Source: Planctomycetota bacterium
GTDB lineage: Bacteria > Planctomycetota > Phycisphaerae > UBA1845 > UTPLA1
Direction of reading: 5' to 3'
NCBI GenBank assembly: GCA_015654675.1
Contig: JAATGM010000055.1
Coordinates: forward strand, 78,305 to 142,304
DNA: 64,000 nucleotides
Part shown: positions 20,287-30,446 of the stretch, in pieces
Numbering within the stretch: position 1 is the stretch's first letter
Layout of the letters: each line of letters begins with the position of its first letter
The notes under the pieces: model-generated
The model's database searches: none
Seen by the model: the letters and a program-made list of their open reading frames with translations, nothing else
Told to the model about the DNA's origin: nothing
Made by a program: the position numbers and the translations under genes

Positions 20287-22584
20287 ATGCTGCCGATGAG
20301 GCATGTGGCTGTCATTGCGTGGATGGTCTGCGCTGCGGGCGCGCTGGCGGGTGGGCCGGCGCGCGGCGGAGCGTCTGCGGAGTGTGACAGGCTTGAGAAG
20401 ATTCTGCTGAGTGATCCGCCGGAGAAGGAGCGCGTCGCGGCGCTGCGCAAGCTGTCTTTCGTGGTGCGCGAGTCACCACCGCCATTGAGCGGCGCGGAGC
20501 AATCGTTCATAGACGGGCTGAAGCGCGAGAATCCGGCCGGGACCGAGATGCTGATCGGGCGGCACGTGATTGTGCTGGCGACGCCGAAGTTTGCGGCGCG
20601 GGCACGAGCGAATGGATTTGTCGCGGCGATGGACCTGGGGTACGTCGTGCTGCGCGATTTGTTTGCGGTCGATCCGGTGGCGACTGTCGGACATCGATTC
20701 GTGATCGTTCCGCAGCAGGGCAAGCCGGGTGGGCACACGACCAACACGCCGACGCTCAAGATCATGGTGGGGCAGGCGGATTGGGATAACGCCGACTGGA
20801 TCGAGCGATTTTTCCACGAGATGTAGCATCCGTTCATCAATTTGCAGCCGGTGGAGCATTGGCGGGCGGAGGGATTTGGCGAAGGATTCGCGCAATTTTG
20901 CCAGGCGTATGTGGTGGAGCGACTGGGTTGCCTGGGGGCGCCGTATGCGGGGCGGTTTGAGCAGTACGTGAAGGATTTTCGCGGGGCGGGGCAGAACGAG
21001 TATCTGGGGACGCGGCTGCCGATCGAGCGGATCGTGGCGTACGACCCATCGAGCGCGGTTTTCATGGCGCTGGCCGTTTCGACGCGGCGCGGCGGTGGAG
21101 CGGTGGATTGGATGCCGTTCAAGCGCGTCTTTCGCGACGGGATGAAGTCGCCGCCGCGGCGCGTGGGAGGCGATTGGCTGCTGCAGTTTGCGGTGGATGC
21201 GCTGAAGTATTTTGACGCGAAGCAAGTGTGGCCGATCCTGCGGAAGTTTCGGTTTCCGCCGGAGGAGGGTATCGCGGCGTGGCCGCGGCGGCCGGGCGGA
21301 TGGACTGACGGGCCGGTGGACTGCGCAAAGGAGCGAGCGGCGTGGAAGGCGGCGGGCGAGACGGTCATCACGAAGTGGAAGGTGCTCGGGCCGATTCCGG
21401 ATTCGCGGAAGCTGCGGCTGGGACTGGACGCGATCGATGATGAAAACTTTCGGCTGAAACAAGAGTATGTCGTCGAGGGCAAGACGTATCGGTGGCGCGA
21501 CGATACGCGGGTGGATGGGTGTGGGACGGTGATTCTGAACGAGTTGCCGGGTGGGGACGGGTCGTGCGTGTTCTATCTGACGGCGCAGATCGCCGTGAAG
21601 AAGGGCCGGCCGGTGCGGTTCTGGATTTCGAGCGATGACGATGTGCGCTGCTGGCTGGATGGGCGGCGATTTCACACCGTCTGGGCGGAGCGTGGGGTTG
21701 ATGTTCGCGCGACGGATTTTGCATGGGCGCTGCCGGAGCGGGATGAGGCGACGATTCTGGTCAAGGTCGCGAATCACTATGGGACGGCGGGGTTTCATCT
21801 GCGGTATGCGATGGATGACTGGTATTCCGGCGTATGCGAGCGCGAGATGGCGACCGGCGATACGGCGCGGCGAGCGGCGCTGATGGAGTATCTGGGATCG
21901 CGGCAGGTGGACGCGGGGATTGTGCGGCCGTTGCTGTTGAAGGGGCTTGGGGATCGCGAGGCAACGGTGCGCGCGGCGGCGGCGCGGGCGCTGGCGGGGC
22001 GGCGGAACGATGCTGCGTCGGTCGATGCGCTGGTCGGTGCGTGGGGCAAAGAGTCCGACGCGGTGGTTGTTGAGGCACTGCGAGCCGGGCTGCGCGAATT
22101 GACGTTTGAGACGTTTTCCGATGCGAAGGCCGCCGCGGCCTGGCGGACTAAACGGCGCGACGAGTTGTCGAACGGAGCATTTGTTGAATGTGAGATGGTA
22201 TACGGCGTCGAGCCGGTGGTGGGCGGATTTTACGGCAACAATGCCGGGGCGTTTGCCGGGCAGCATATCGGGCGCGGGTGGGGGATGGCGGCCGATCATT
22301 TCTATTCAGTCGTGCTGGATGTGGCGCGGGCCGGTCCGCGCGTGCTGCGGCTTCGATACGCGGCGGCCGATGCGAATCCGGCGCGGTTGAACATTGTTGT
22401 GCGGCGCGGGGCGGCGACGGTGGCCGAGAAGCGCGATATCGCCGTGAACAAGACCGCCAACTGGACGAACTGGCGATGGCTGGAGATCAAACTCGGTGAT
22501 CTGCCGGCGGGGCGCTATCACGTGGACGTGTCGGTGGCGCGGCCGGGCGGGGCGGTGGATTGTGATGTGATCGGGTGGCGATAG
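20287..22584 (+). pseudogene. secreted HExxH metallopeptidase-like protein (BSP-like N-domain, HEAT repeats, C-terminal beta-sandwich) interrupted by an in-frame TAG at 20824-20826
   Basis: ORFs 20287-20826 and 20842-22584 lie in the same frame, separated by a single TAG. The TAG falls exactly at the x of a zincin motif: FFHEM-TAG-HPF gives HEMxH. Signal peptide at the N-terminus. The downstream part is long (580 aa) and coding-like. Confidence 0.5.
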
Positions 22585-22596
22585 TTCGGGACGGCA

Positions 22597-23400
22597 TCAG
22601 GCCGGACTCGCCGTGGGTTGAGCGACGGGCGTGCCGCATTCGGGGCAGTTGGCTGAAGTAAGTTTGTAGATCGCGTAGCCGCATTTCGGGCAGTGTTCCT
22701 CTTCGATTTCGATGTTGAACCTGAGGCCGCAGCTTGCGCATTTTGAGCGGCCGGCGGGGAGGGTTTGCGAGGAACTGCAGCGCGGACAGGTCAGCGTGAG
22801 GACAAGTGCCGTGGTTTGGATCGCATTTTCGTCGCGGATGGCTGAGACACGGTGTAGCACGGGTACGGCGATCGTGCCGCAAACCGAGAGTATGGCGAGC
22901 GTGCCCATGCCGCGCCACAGGTCGTCGGATTCGTGGAGTTTGAAGCAAATGATGGAGATGATCAGCGTGGCGAGCAGGGCGATGGCGAGAATGGTCAGTG
23001 CGCGAATCCATTCGAACGATTTGCGGAGTCGGGCCAGGGAGAGCAGGCCGACGTGCGGAAAGGCCACGGCCAGCACCAACACACATCCGAGCGCTTTGAC
23101 GAATAGTTCGCTGCGCCATGCGTCGACCCAGATCAGGATGAGCAACATGACGAGGGCCGCCAGCGCGGCGGCGATGCCGATCGGGCCGATGGGGTGCCAG
23201 CGGCGTTTCTCGGTCGGGATGGCGGCGGCGAGAGCGAGAATGGCTGCGCCGCCAGCGGAGGCGGTGGAACCGAGGATCATGCCTTCGAGGGCCCCGAAGT
23301 TGCCGGTGAGGAGTGTGTAGATTCCGATCAGACCGCAGAGGGCAATGGAACCAATGAAGGTGAAGAGAAGGATTCGCTGCGTGCGTGATTTCATGGCCAT
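22597..23400 (-). CDS. polytopic membrane protein with C-terminal tandem zinc ribbons
   Basis: Six predicted TM helices, then CPRC...CASC and CPKC...CPEC pairs. Confidence 0.5.
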   Translation of the reverse strand: MAMKSRTQRILLFTFIGSIALCGLIGIYTLLTGNFGALEGMILGSTASAGGAAILALAAAIPTEKRRWHPIGPIGIAAALAALVMLLILIWVDAWRSELFVKALGCVLVLAVAFPHVGLLSLARLRKSFEWIRALTILAIALLATLIISIICFKLHESDDLWRGMGTLAILSVCGTIAVPVLHRVSAIRDENAIQTTALVLTLTCPRCSSSQTLPAGRSKCASCGLRFNIEIEEEHCPKCGYAIYKLTSANCPECGTPVAQPTASPA

Positions 23401-23471
23401 GGCGGCTCCGATGCTACAGCAAGGTCAGGCGTTGTCGAATGATGGGGTTGTCATTGTCGTCGCGGCGTGTT

Positions 23472-23921
23472 TTAGCCGGCGCGGGCGTTCCAGCAGGCCC
23501 AGTCGTTTTGCGCGGTTGCGGGGCTTGGTGTTGGCGGGGGATGGCGGAGGGTCAGGGGTTGGGATTGGTCGGGGGCAATGTGAGAGAGCGTGGTCGCTGA
23601 TAGCGTGATTTCGAGGCGGGCCAGAGCGCTTGCGACAGGTTGAGGCAGTTCGGTTGAAGCGGGTGCGCGGCCGGGGGATGCGGCGCGGAGGACGTCGAGC
23701 CAAGTGATCGTGTAGGGCGGGCGGGCGAGGGCGTAACCGCCGTTGCGGCCGCGCGCGGCGCGGAGGATTCCGGCGCGGGCGAGAATCTGGAGGACTTTGT
23801 ACAGATATTGGGGCGGGATGTTTGTCGCGGCGGCTAGTTGGTCGTGGGTCGGGGCGGTTGGGTGTTGGGTTGCGATAGCGGCGGCCTCGCGGAGGGCGTA
23901 GTCAGCGGTTTGGGAGAGCAT
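23472..23921 (-). CDS. Rrf2-family transcriptional regulator
   Basis: N-terminus MLSQTADYALR and a winged-helix with GGYALARP. ATG at 23921 (plus-strand CAT 23919-23921). Confidence 0.75.
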   Translation of the reverse strand: MLSQTADYALREAAAIATQHPTAPTHDQLAAATNIPPQYLYKVLQILARAGILRAARGRNGGYALARPPYTITWLDVLRAASPGRAPASTELPQPVASALARLEITLSATTLSHIAPDQSQPLTLRHPPPTPSPATAQNDWACWNARAG

Positions 23922-23932
23922 GGGGACACCTC

Positions 23933-23984
23933 TATTGTGGATATCGGCATCCACTATTCACAGGGCCGAGTCTTTATTGTGGAT
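23933..23984. promoter_or_regulatory. candidate Rrf2 operator in the Rrf2 5' region
   Basis: Perfect inverted repeat GTGGAT-atcggc-ATCCAC at 23937-23954. A direct repeat TATTGTGGAT occurs at 23933-23942 and 23975-23984. The first element begins 12 nt upstream of the Rrf2 start codon. Confidence 0.4.
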
Positions 23985-24007
23985 GAAATGGTCCAGATAT
24001 GTCGGCA

Positions 24008-24394
24008 TTAGCCGAGGCGCTGGCCGAAGGAGAACTCGATGAGATTGCCGTCGGGGTCTGACAGGCCGCAGTAGTAGCCGACGATGGGGCCGGCGTCTTT
24101 GGGGGGCCACGGGGCTGGGACGCCGTCGGCGGATGCTCGCTGGTAGATCGCATCGACCTCGGTGCGGCTGTCGACTGCCAGGCCGATGTGCTGCCATTCG
24201 GGTTGGCGGTTTTGGTCGTAGGGCTTGTGGAGCAGGACGAAGGCGAAGCGGGGCGGGTCTTCGCCCCAGCCGAGCCAGACGACGCGGATGTCGTCGGTGC
24301 GGTCGTGGACGACTTTGAGGCCGGCATAGCGGGCGTAGAAGGCGATGGACTTTTCGATGTCGCGGACCTGCAGGGCGACATGCGTGCATTTCAT
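24008..24394 (-). CDS. VOC-family (glyoxalase/bleomycin-resistance/dioxygenase fold) protein
   Basis: 128 aa. THVALQVRDIEKSIAFY ... GNLIEF is the VOC beta-alpha-beta-beta-beta pattern. Confidence 0.7.
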   Translation of the reverse strand: MKCTHVALQVRDIEKSIAFYARYAGLKVVHDRTDDIRVVWLGWGEDPPRFAFVLLHKPYDQNRQPEWQHIGLAVDSRTEVDAIYQRASADGVPAPWPPKDAGPIVGYYCGLSDPDGNLIEFSFGQRLG

Positions 24395-24468
24395 GATGGT
24401 TGGGCCTCCGAAGACGTCCAGTGGGGGCGTCGTTGAGGGGGGGGCTTTTCGCGGATATTGTGGGGATT

Positions 24469-25275
24469 ATGGCGATTCATCCGACTGCCGTCATTGATAA
24501 GAAGGCCGAGATTGACCCGACGGCCGAGATCGGGCCGTTCGCGGTGATCGAGGGGCCGGTGAAGATGGGGCCGGGGTGCCGGGTCTATCCGAATGCGTAC
24601 ATCTCGGGGTGGACGGAGATCGGGGCGAAGGTCGAGATCCATCCGAACGCAGTGGTGGGGCACTTGCCGCAGGATTTTCACTTTTCGGGCGAGCGGTCGT
24701 ATTGCCGGATCGGGGATGGGACGATCATCCGCGAGGGGGCGAGCATCCATCGCGGGACGCAGCCGGAGTCGTGGACGATTGTTGGGAAGAATTGCTTCAT
24801 CCTGGCTTCTGGGCATGTGGGGCATAACTGCGAGGTGGGCGACGGGGTGAAGATTTACAACTGCACGGCGCTGTCCGGGCATGTCGAGGTAGGGCGGAAC
24901 GCGATCATCTCTGGATATTCGCTGGTGCATCAGTTTGTGCGGATCGGCGAGTTTGTGATGGTGGGCGGCGGGACGCGGCTGGGCAAGGACGTGCCGCCGT
25001 ATTTCTCGGCGCTCGGCGAGAGCGAGTGCTATGGCTACAACGCGATCGGGCTGCGGCGCAGCGGTGAGTTTTCGCCCGAGGAGATCGCGGAAGTGAAGAC
25101 AGCCTACCGGACGCTCTATCGCAGCGGAAAGACGTTCGGCGTCGCCCTCGAAGAGATGGCGGGCGCGATGAAGACAAAGACCGGGCGGCGGATCGTCGAG
25201 TTCATCAAGGCGCCGAACAAGCGCGGGATCATCGGGGGGAGCAGCGAGCGCGGCGAGGAGTGCGACGGGGAGTGA
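24469..25275 (+). CDS. lpxA: acyl-ACP:UDP-N-acetylglucosamine O-acyltransferase
   Basis: IHPTAVIDKKAEIDPTAEIGPFAVIEG hexapeptide beta-helix, a catalytic His region (ASGHVGHNCEVGD), and a C-terminal helical domain. ATG at 24469. Confidence 0.8.
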   Translation: MAIHPTAVIDKKAEIDPTAEIGPFAVIEGPVKMGPGCRVYPNAYISGWTEIGAKVEIHPNAVVGHLPQDFHFSGERSYCRIGDGTIIREGASIHRGTQPESWTIVGKNCFILASGHVGHNCEVGDGVKIYNCTALSGHVEVGRNAIISGYSLVHQFVRIGEFVMVGGGTRLGKDVPPYFSALGESECYGYNAIGLRRSGEFSPEEIAEVKTAYRTLYRSGKTFGVALEEMAGAMKTKTGRRIVEFIKAPNKRGIIGGSSERGEECDGE

Positions 25276-25352
25276 GCGCGGGGATTTGCGGGCATTCCAA
25301 CATCATTGGATGAGTATCACGTGACCTTGGAAACCGGGATGGCGTCCACTGC

Positions 25353-26648
25353 ATGACCTGGCTCCAGCGATATCGGGTTCGCAGTTACGTTCGAAATTCC
25401 ATTTGGATTCTCCCGGTCGCGGGCATGCTTTTGGCGCTCGTCGCGGTGCGTGTTGTATCAGCGCTGGACGGGCGGCTGGGGTTGGAATCGCAGCATGATC
25501 CGGGGGCGGCGCGGGATCTGTTGGGAATTCTCGCCGGGTCGATGTTTACGTTGATGGTCTTCGTGTCGTCCTCGCTGCTGTTGGCGATGCAACTGGCCAG
25601 CGCGCAACTCACGCCGCGCGTCATCGGGCTGGTGTTCAAGGACTCGCTCACCAAGATGGCGCTGGCGCTGTTTGCGTTTACGTTCACGTTTGCGCTTTCG
25701 GTCGAGGTTCGAATTCGTGCCGCCGTTCCGCCGCTCTCGGCGCAGATTGCGGCGTACAGCTGCCTGCTGAGCTTTGGGTTCTTCCTGTTTTTGATCAATC
25801 ATCTCGGAAAATTCCTGCGCCCGAGCGGCGTCCTCAACGTTGTGGCCACGCTGGGCCGCGAAGTGATCCGGAGCGTGTATCCGCGACCGTTCGCCGGATC
25901 CGAATTGAAATCCAAGGCGGTCGATGGCCTGCCGATCCGGACAGTGTTGAGTAATCGAAGCGGCGTTGTGCTTGCTATGGACGCCCGCGGGCTGGCATCC
26001 CTTGCGCAACTATACGACTGTGTGATCGAGCTGGTGCCGCAGGTCGGGGATTTCGTGGCAGCCGACGAACCGCTGTTTCGAGTGTTCCATGGCGGGGCCG
26101 ACCTGCCGGCCGGCGCGCTCTATCAATCAGTCGCCGTGGGCTCCGAGCGAACGCTTGAGCAGGACCCAGCGTTCGTATTTCGAATCATCGTCGACATCGC
26201 ATCCAAAGGCCTGTCGCCGGCGATCAACGACCCGACGACCGCCGTCCTGGCGATCGATCAGCTTCATCGGCTGCTACGCGATGTCGGAAAGCGCATGCTT
26301 GACGAAGGGCATGTCCGCGACCCGGCCGGTCGGGTGCGGCTCGTTTATCCTACGCCGGATTGGGAGGACTTTGTCCCGCTGGCCGTGACCGAGATACGGC
26401 AATTCGGCTGCACCAGCATACAGATTGCGCGACGCTTACGGGCCATGCTCGACAATCTGATTCAGACACTGCCGGCTGAGCGTCTGCCGCCGCTTCGGCA
26501 GGAGTTGAGTCGGCTGGGGCGGACCGTGGAGAGATATTTTCCGGAATTGGATGATCGGGCACTGGCGGAAGCCAGCGATTCGCAGGGCATGGGCGGCAAG
26601 CGCGGAGCGCAGTCAGGCAGTGGGGGCGGTGACTCGATAGCAACGTGA
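25353..26648 (+). CDS. DUF2254-like membrane protein
   Basis: Four to five N-terminal TM helices plus a ~250-aa soluble domain. Family assignment is by general resemblance only. Confidence 0.4.
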   Translation: MTWLQRYRVRSYVRNSIWILPVAGMLLALVAVRVVSALDGRLGLESQHDPGAARDLLGILAGSMFTLMVFVSSSLLLAMQLASAQLTPRVIGLVFKDSLTKMALALFAFTFTFALSVEVRIRAAVPPLSAQIAAYSCLLSFGFFLFLINHLGKFLRPSGVLNVVATLGREVIRSVYPRPFAGSELKSKAVDGLPIRTVLSNRSGVVLAMDARGLASLAQLYDCVIELVPQVGDFVAADEPLFRVFHGGADLPAGALYQSVAVGSERTLEQDPAFVFRIIVDIASKGLSPAINDPTTAVLAIDQLHRLLRDVGKRMLDEGHVRDPAGRVRLVYPTPDWEDFVPLAVTEIRQFGCTSIQIARRLRAMLDNLIQTLPAERLPPLRQELSRLGRTVERYFPELDDRALAEASDSQGMGGKRGAQSGSGGGDSIAT

Positions 26649-28426
26649 GTCAGATGCGAGGCGGTGGCCGGACGTCCTTGGCCGGAACGAGACAGGTTGG
26701 CGAAATGTCCTCAGGCACAACGAGCCGCGTATGCGAAGTTTTCCCGATTCTCGGGATGCTCGGTGCGCAGCCGGGTCGATCGCTCGTGTCGGACCTGGTA
26801 GCAGGGATCAGCGTGTGCGTGGTGATGATTCCTTCGGTCATCGCGTACGCGGAACTAGCCGGGCTGACGCCGATTCATGGGCTGTATGCGGCGTTGGCGG
26901 GGATGCTCGGTTATGCGTTGTTTGCCAGCTCGCGGCACGTGATCGCGGGTCCGGATGCGGCGATCGCGCTGCTGGTTGCGTCGGCCGTGGGACCGCTGGC
27001 CGCGGGTGACCCGGTGCGCGCGGCTGCGTTAGCCGGCATCACGGCAATCCTCGGCAGCGGGCTGATGCTGCTGGCCGCGTGGTTACGGGCCGGGGTGGTG
27101 GCGGATTTTCTTTCGAAGCCGGTGCTGGTGGGCTACCTGACCGGGGCGGCGCTGATTCTGGTTTCAACGCAGTTGGGGAAGCTGTTTGGAATCCGTACAC
27201 AGGCGCATGATTTCTTTCCGTTGCTGGCTGAGTTGGCGCGGCGGCTGCGCGAGATACACCCGCTGACCCTCGGTCTGGGCGCGGCGATGATCATCGTGCT
27301 TGAATTAATGCGGCGGCTATCGCCGCGTATTCCCGGCGCGCCGGTAGTCTTTGTTGTCGCGCTGCTCGCGTCCGGAGTTTTTCATCTGGGAGACCGTGGG
27401 GTGAGACTGGTCGGCGACGTGCCGAGCGGTCTGCCGGCGTTCCGGCTCCCCGCGGTGGGGCTGCACGACATTCGCGAAATCTTTCCGGCGGCTGCGGGCA
27501 TCGTGATGCTCACGTTTCCGGAAGGCGTCCTGCTGGCGCGGGCCTTCGCAGCGCGAAATGGCTATTCGATTCGTCCGAACCAGGAGCTACTGGCACTCGC
27601 GGCGGCCAACTTCGGCGCCGGGTTGTTTCAGGGCTTCTCGGTGGGGGCGAGCCAGTCGCGGACCACCGTGAACGAGGCCAGCGGCGGGCGATCGCAGGTC
27701 GCGAGTCTTGTCGCGGCCGGTGCGTTGGTGGTTTTCCTCCTGTTCCTGACGCCGCTGCTGCGCGTGCTGCCGACGGTAGCGCTGGCGTCGATCCTGGTGT
27801 CCGCCGGGGTGCATCTGATCGAAGTGCGCGAATACCGCTTGCTGCTGCAGAACAGCCGACGCGCCTTCTGGCTTGCCATGAGTGTGTCCGCTGGAGTGCT
27901 CATCGTTGGAGTGGTGCCGGGAATTCTGATCGGGGTGATGGCCTCGCTGATCTATGTTCTGGCGCGGCTTGCGCGGCCGCTCGACGCCGTACTTCGAGAA
28001 CAGCCGGGCACGGGCCGGTTTCACGATTTAGGCGAGGCCGACGAATCGTTCACGGTCCCGGGGTTGATCGCCTACCGCTTCTATGCGCCGCTGTTCTTCG
28101 CGAATGCGGAGCATTTTGCACATCGCGTGCGGCAACTGATTGCATCCAGCCCGCATCAGGTTCGCTGGTTTTTGATTGACATGCAGGCGGTGTGGGAGAT
28201 CGACGTGACGGCGACCGAGGCGCTGACGCGGCTGGCGGCTGAGCTGCAGAAGGGCGGCGTCGCGTTGAAGATCGCCCGCGCGAACCGGCCGCTGCGTGAA
28301 ATGCTCGACCGAATCGCGATTCAGGGTCAGCCGGGCGAGACGGTATATTTTCCGAGCGTGCATGCGGCGGTTGAGGCGTTTCGGCGCGAAGTCGGCGCCG
28401 ATGGAGCGGAGCTATCGCCGGAGTGA
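26645..28426 (+). CDS. SulP-family anion transporter with C-terminal STAS domain
   Basis: SulP signature GLTPIHGLYAALAGMLGYALFASSRHVIAGPDAA. STAS domain at the C-terminus. The GTG start overlaps the upstream stop (GTGA). An alternative ATG lies at 26705. Confidence 0.8.
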   Translation: MSQMRGGGRTSLAGTRQVGEMSSGTTSRVCEVFPILGMLGAQPGRSLVSDLVAGISVCVVMIPSVIAYAELAGLTPIHGLYAALAGMLGYALFASSRHVIAGPDAAIALLVASAVGPLAAGDPVRAAALAGITAILGSGLMLLAAWLRAGVVADFLSKPVLVGYLTGAALILVSTQLGKLFGIRTQAHDFFPLLAELARRLREIHPLTLGLGAAMIIVLELMRRLSPRIPGAPVVFVVALLASGVFHLGDRGVRLVGDVPSGLPAFRLPAVGLHDIREIFPAAAGIVMLTFPEGVLLARAFAARNGYSIRPNQELLALAAANFGAGLFQGFSVGASQSRTTVNEASGGRSQVASLVAAGALVVFLLFLTPLLRVLPTVALASILVSAGVHLIEVREYRLLLQNSRRAFWLAMSVSAGVLIVGVVPGILIGVMASLIYVLARLARPLDAVLREQPGTGRFHDLGEADESFTVPGLIAYRFYAPLFFANAEHFAHRVRQLIASSPHQVRWFLIDMQAVWEIDVTATEALTRLAAELQKGGVALKIARANRPLREMLDRIAIQGQPGETVYFPSVHAAVEAFRREVGADGAELSPE

Positions 28427-28571
28427 GAGCCGGCGGGTGCGGCAGAGTGGGCAAATGCGGGATTATCGGGGGAAGCACGCGGGACGAGGACTCGGCCGGC
28501 GGCGTTTGAGAATCGAGACAACTGGGGTCGCGATACACTGATTCACGAGCCGGCAGGAAGAGGAGCGGATC

Positions 28572-30368
28572 GTGCGTCGATGCACAGTTGGAATTGGAGC
28601 GGTACTGTTCTGCGCCGGCTCGGCGTTTGGGACCATTTTCGTCAACGGCGGACTGGCTGGCGGGGCGAACGACGGTTCGTCGTGGGCGAATGCGTTTCGC
28701 GGGCCGCAGGCGCTGCATGGAGCGCTTGCCGCGGCGACGGCGGACTCGGGGACGCAGATATGGGTAGCGGCCGGGCAGTACACGCCGGCGGTGCCGAGCG
28801 GATCGCGGACGATCAGCTTTGTGCTCAAGAGCGGCGTCGAAGTCTATGGTGGCTTCGTTGGCGGGGAGACGCTGCTGTCGCAGCGCGATCCGATCGCGCA
28901 TGTGACGATTCTTTCGGGCGACCTGAATGGCAATGACCTGCCGAGTGGGGCGGATGGGGAGAATAGTCTGCACGTTATGCGCGGTACGGGGCTGAGTGCG
29001 GCCACGCTTGTCGATGGATTGACGATTCGGGGCGGGCGGGCGAGCGGCAGCGCGAACCTCGATGACGAGAACGGCGCCAACGTGCTGCTGATCGGCGGGT
29101 CGCCGGTGTTTCGTGGCTGCACGTTCAGCGAGTCGTTCGCGATCGGCTCGGGTGGCGGGGCGGCACTGATCAATTCTTCGCCGCGATTCGCGCATTGCAA
29201 GTTTGTCGATAACACGGCGCAGGGCACCGGCGGCGGGATCGCCAACCTGGACGGCGGCTCGCCGATTGTTGAGTCGTGCGAGTTCACGCTGAATGTCGGC
29301 GGGCATGGGGCGGGGATCTACACGGGGTCGTCGCTGCTGAACGTGGCGGTTGCAGGTGAGATTCGCGTGGTTGACTGCGACTTCGACGGCAACATTGGCA
29401 ACATCGGGGCGGCCTCGGGCATCGGGATGATGATCGATCGCGCCGCGGCGAAGGTTTCGCGGAGCCGATTTCATAACAACGTGACCGGGGCCGGCGGCGG
29501 CGGAATCTATGTTCTTGACAGCCCGCTCGAAGTTGTTTCGTGCGATTTTTCCGGCAACTCCGCGCCGGGCGACGGGGGCGGCGGGGTGTATGTCGATGGG
29601 GGCAGTTTCTCGGGTGGGCCGACACCGGGGATCAAGCCGCGATTTGCGAACTGCCGATTCGTCGCCAATAACGGGGCGATATTTGTGAACTTTGACGGCA
29701 CGGCCGAGGCGGTGAACTGCACGTTTGCCAACAACAGCTTCGGGTTTTCCATTTTTGTCTGGCCGGCGCTGCTGGCGCCCAACGGGTCGACGCTTACGAT
29801 TCGCAACAGCATCGTCTGGGGCAACAAGCCGTTCTTCTCGGACGGTCTTGAAGGCATCATTTTGGGAGGTGGGTTGATCACACTTGATTCGTGTTGTGTG
29901 GAACGCTGGGACGGCTCGCGGCCGGGCGTCGGCACGTTTGGCGATGACCCGCTCTTTGTGGATGGCGACGGAGGCGACGGCGTCGTGGGCACGGCGGATG
30001 ATGACGTGCGGCTGACGGCGGGATCACCGTGCGTGGAGATTGGCGTTGCGGGATTTCTGCCGGCGGATGTTACGGATGTGGATGACGACGGGAATAACGC
30101 GGAGCCGGTGCCGCTGGATCTGGCTGGATCGCGGCGTGTGGCGAATTGCGGCATCGATCTCGGGGCGTATGAACGATTTGGCGGATCGCCGCACTCTGGC
30201 GACATGGACGGAGACGGGTTGGTCGCGCTGGGTGATGTCGGGCCGTTTGTGACGAAGTTACTGACCGCGGGCAGTGACTGCGTGGCGGACGTGAATGCGG
30301 ACGGTGCGTGCGACGGGCGGGACGTGAGCGGGTTTGTGGCGTGTCTCGTTTCGGGCGGGTGCGGGTGA
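28572..30368 (+). CDS. secreted right-handed parallel beta-helix repeat protein with C-terminal dockerin-like module
   Basis: Signal peptide. More than 10 PbH1-like turns (e.g. RFAHCKFVDNTAQGTGGGIANL, SCDFSGNSAPGDGGGGVYV). C-terminus DMDGDGLVALGDVGPFVTKLL...ADVNADGACDGRDVSGFVACLVSG. Confidence 0.6.
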   Translation: MRRCTVGIGAVLFCAGSAFGTIFVNGGLAGGANDGSSWANAFRGPQALHGALAAATADSGTQIWVAAGQYTPAVPSGSRTISFVLKSGVEVYGGFVGGETLLSQRDPIAHVTILSGDLNGNDLPSGADGENSLHVMRGTGLSAATLVDGLTIRGGRASGSANLDDENGANVLLIGGSPVFRGCTFSESFAIGSGGGAALINSSPRFAHCKFVDNTAQGTGGGIANLDGGSPIVESCEFTLNVGGHGAGIYTGSSLLNVAVAGEIRVVDCDFDGNIGNIGAASGIGMMIDRAAAKVSRSRFHNNVTGAGGGGIYVLDSPLEVVSCDFSGNSAPGDGGGGVYVDGGSFSGGPTPGIKPRFANCRFVANNGAIFVNFDGTAEAVNCTFANNSFGFSIFVWPALLAPNGSTLTIRNSIVWGNKPFFSDGLEGIILGGGLITLDSCCVERWDGSRPGVGTFGDDPLFVDGDGGDGVVGTADDDVRLTAGSPCVEIGVAGFLPADVTDVDDDGNNAEPVPLDLAGSRRVANCGIDLGAYERFGGSPHSGDMDGDGLVALGDVGPFVTKLLTAGSDCVADVNADGACDGRDVSGFVACLVSGGCG

Positions 30369-30411
30369 TGCTACGGCCAGTCACTTCGCGAAAATAATCT
30401 GAGAATGTGCG

Positions 30412-30439
30412 TTGACTTCGGCAGTTTTGGCCGTATTCT
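30412..30439 (+). promoter_or_regulatory. sigma70-like promoter (TTGACT - 16/17 nt - TATTCT) preceded by an AT-rich UP-like tract
   Basis: -35 at 30412-30417 and -10 at 30434-30439, in an otherwise gene-free region. Confidence 0.35.
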
Positions 30440-30446
30440 TATGACT

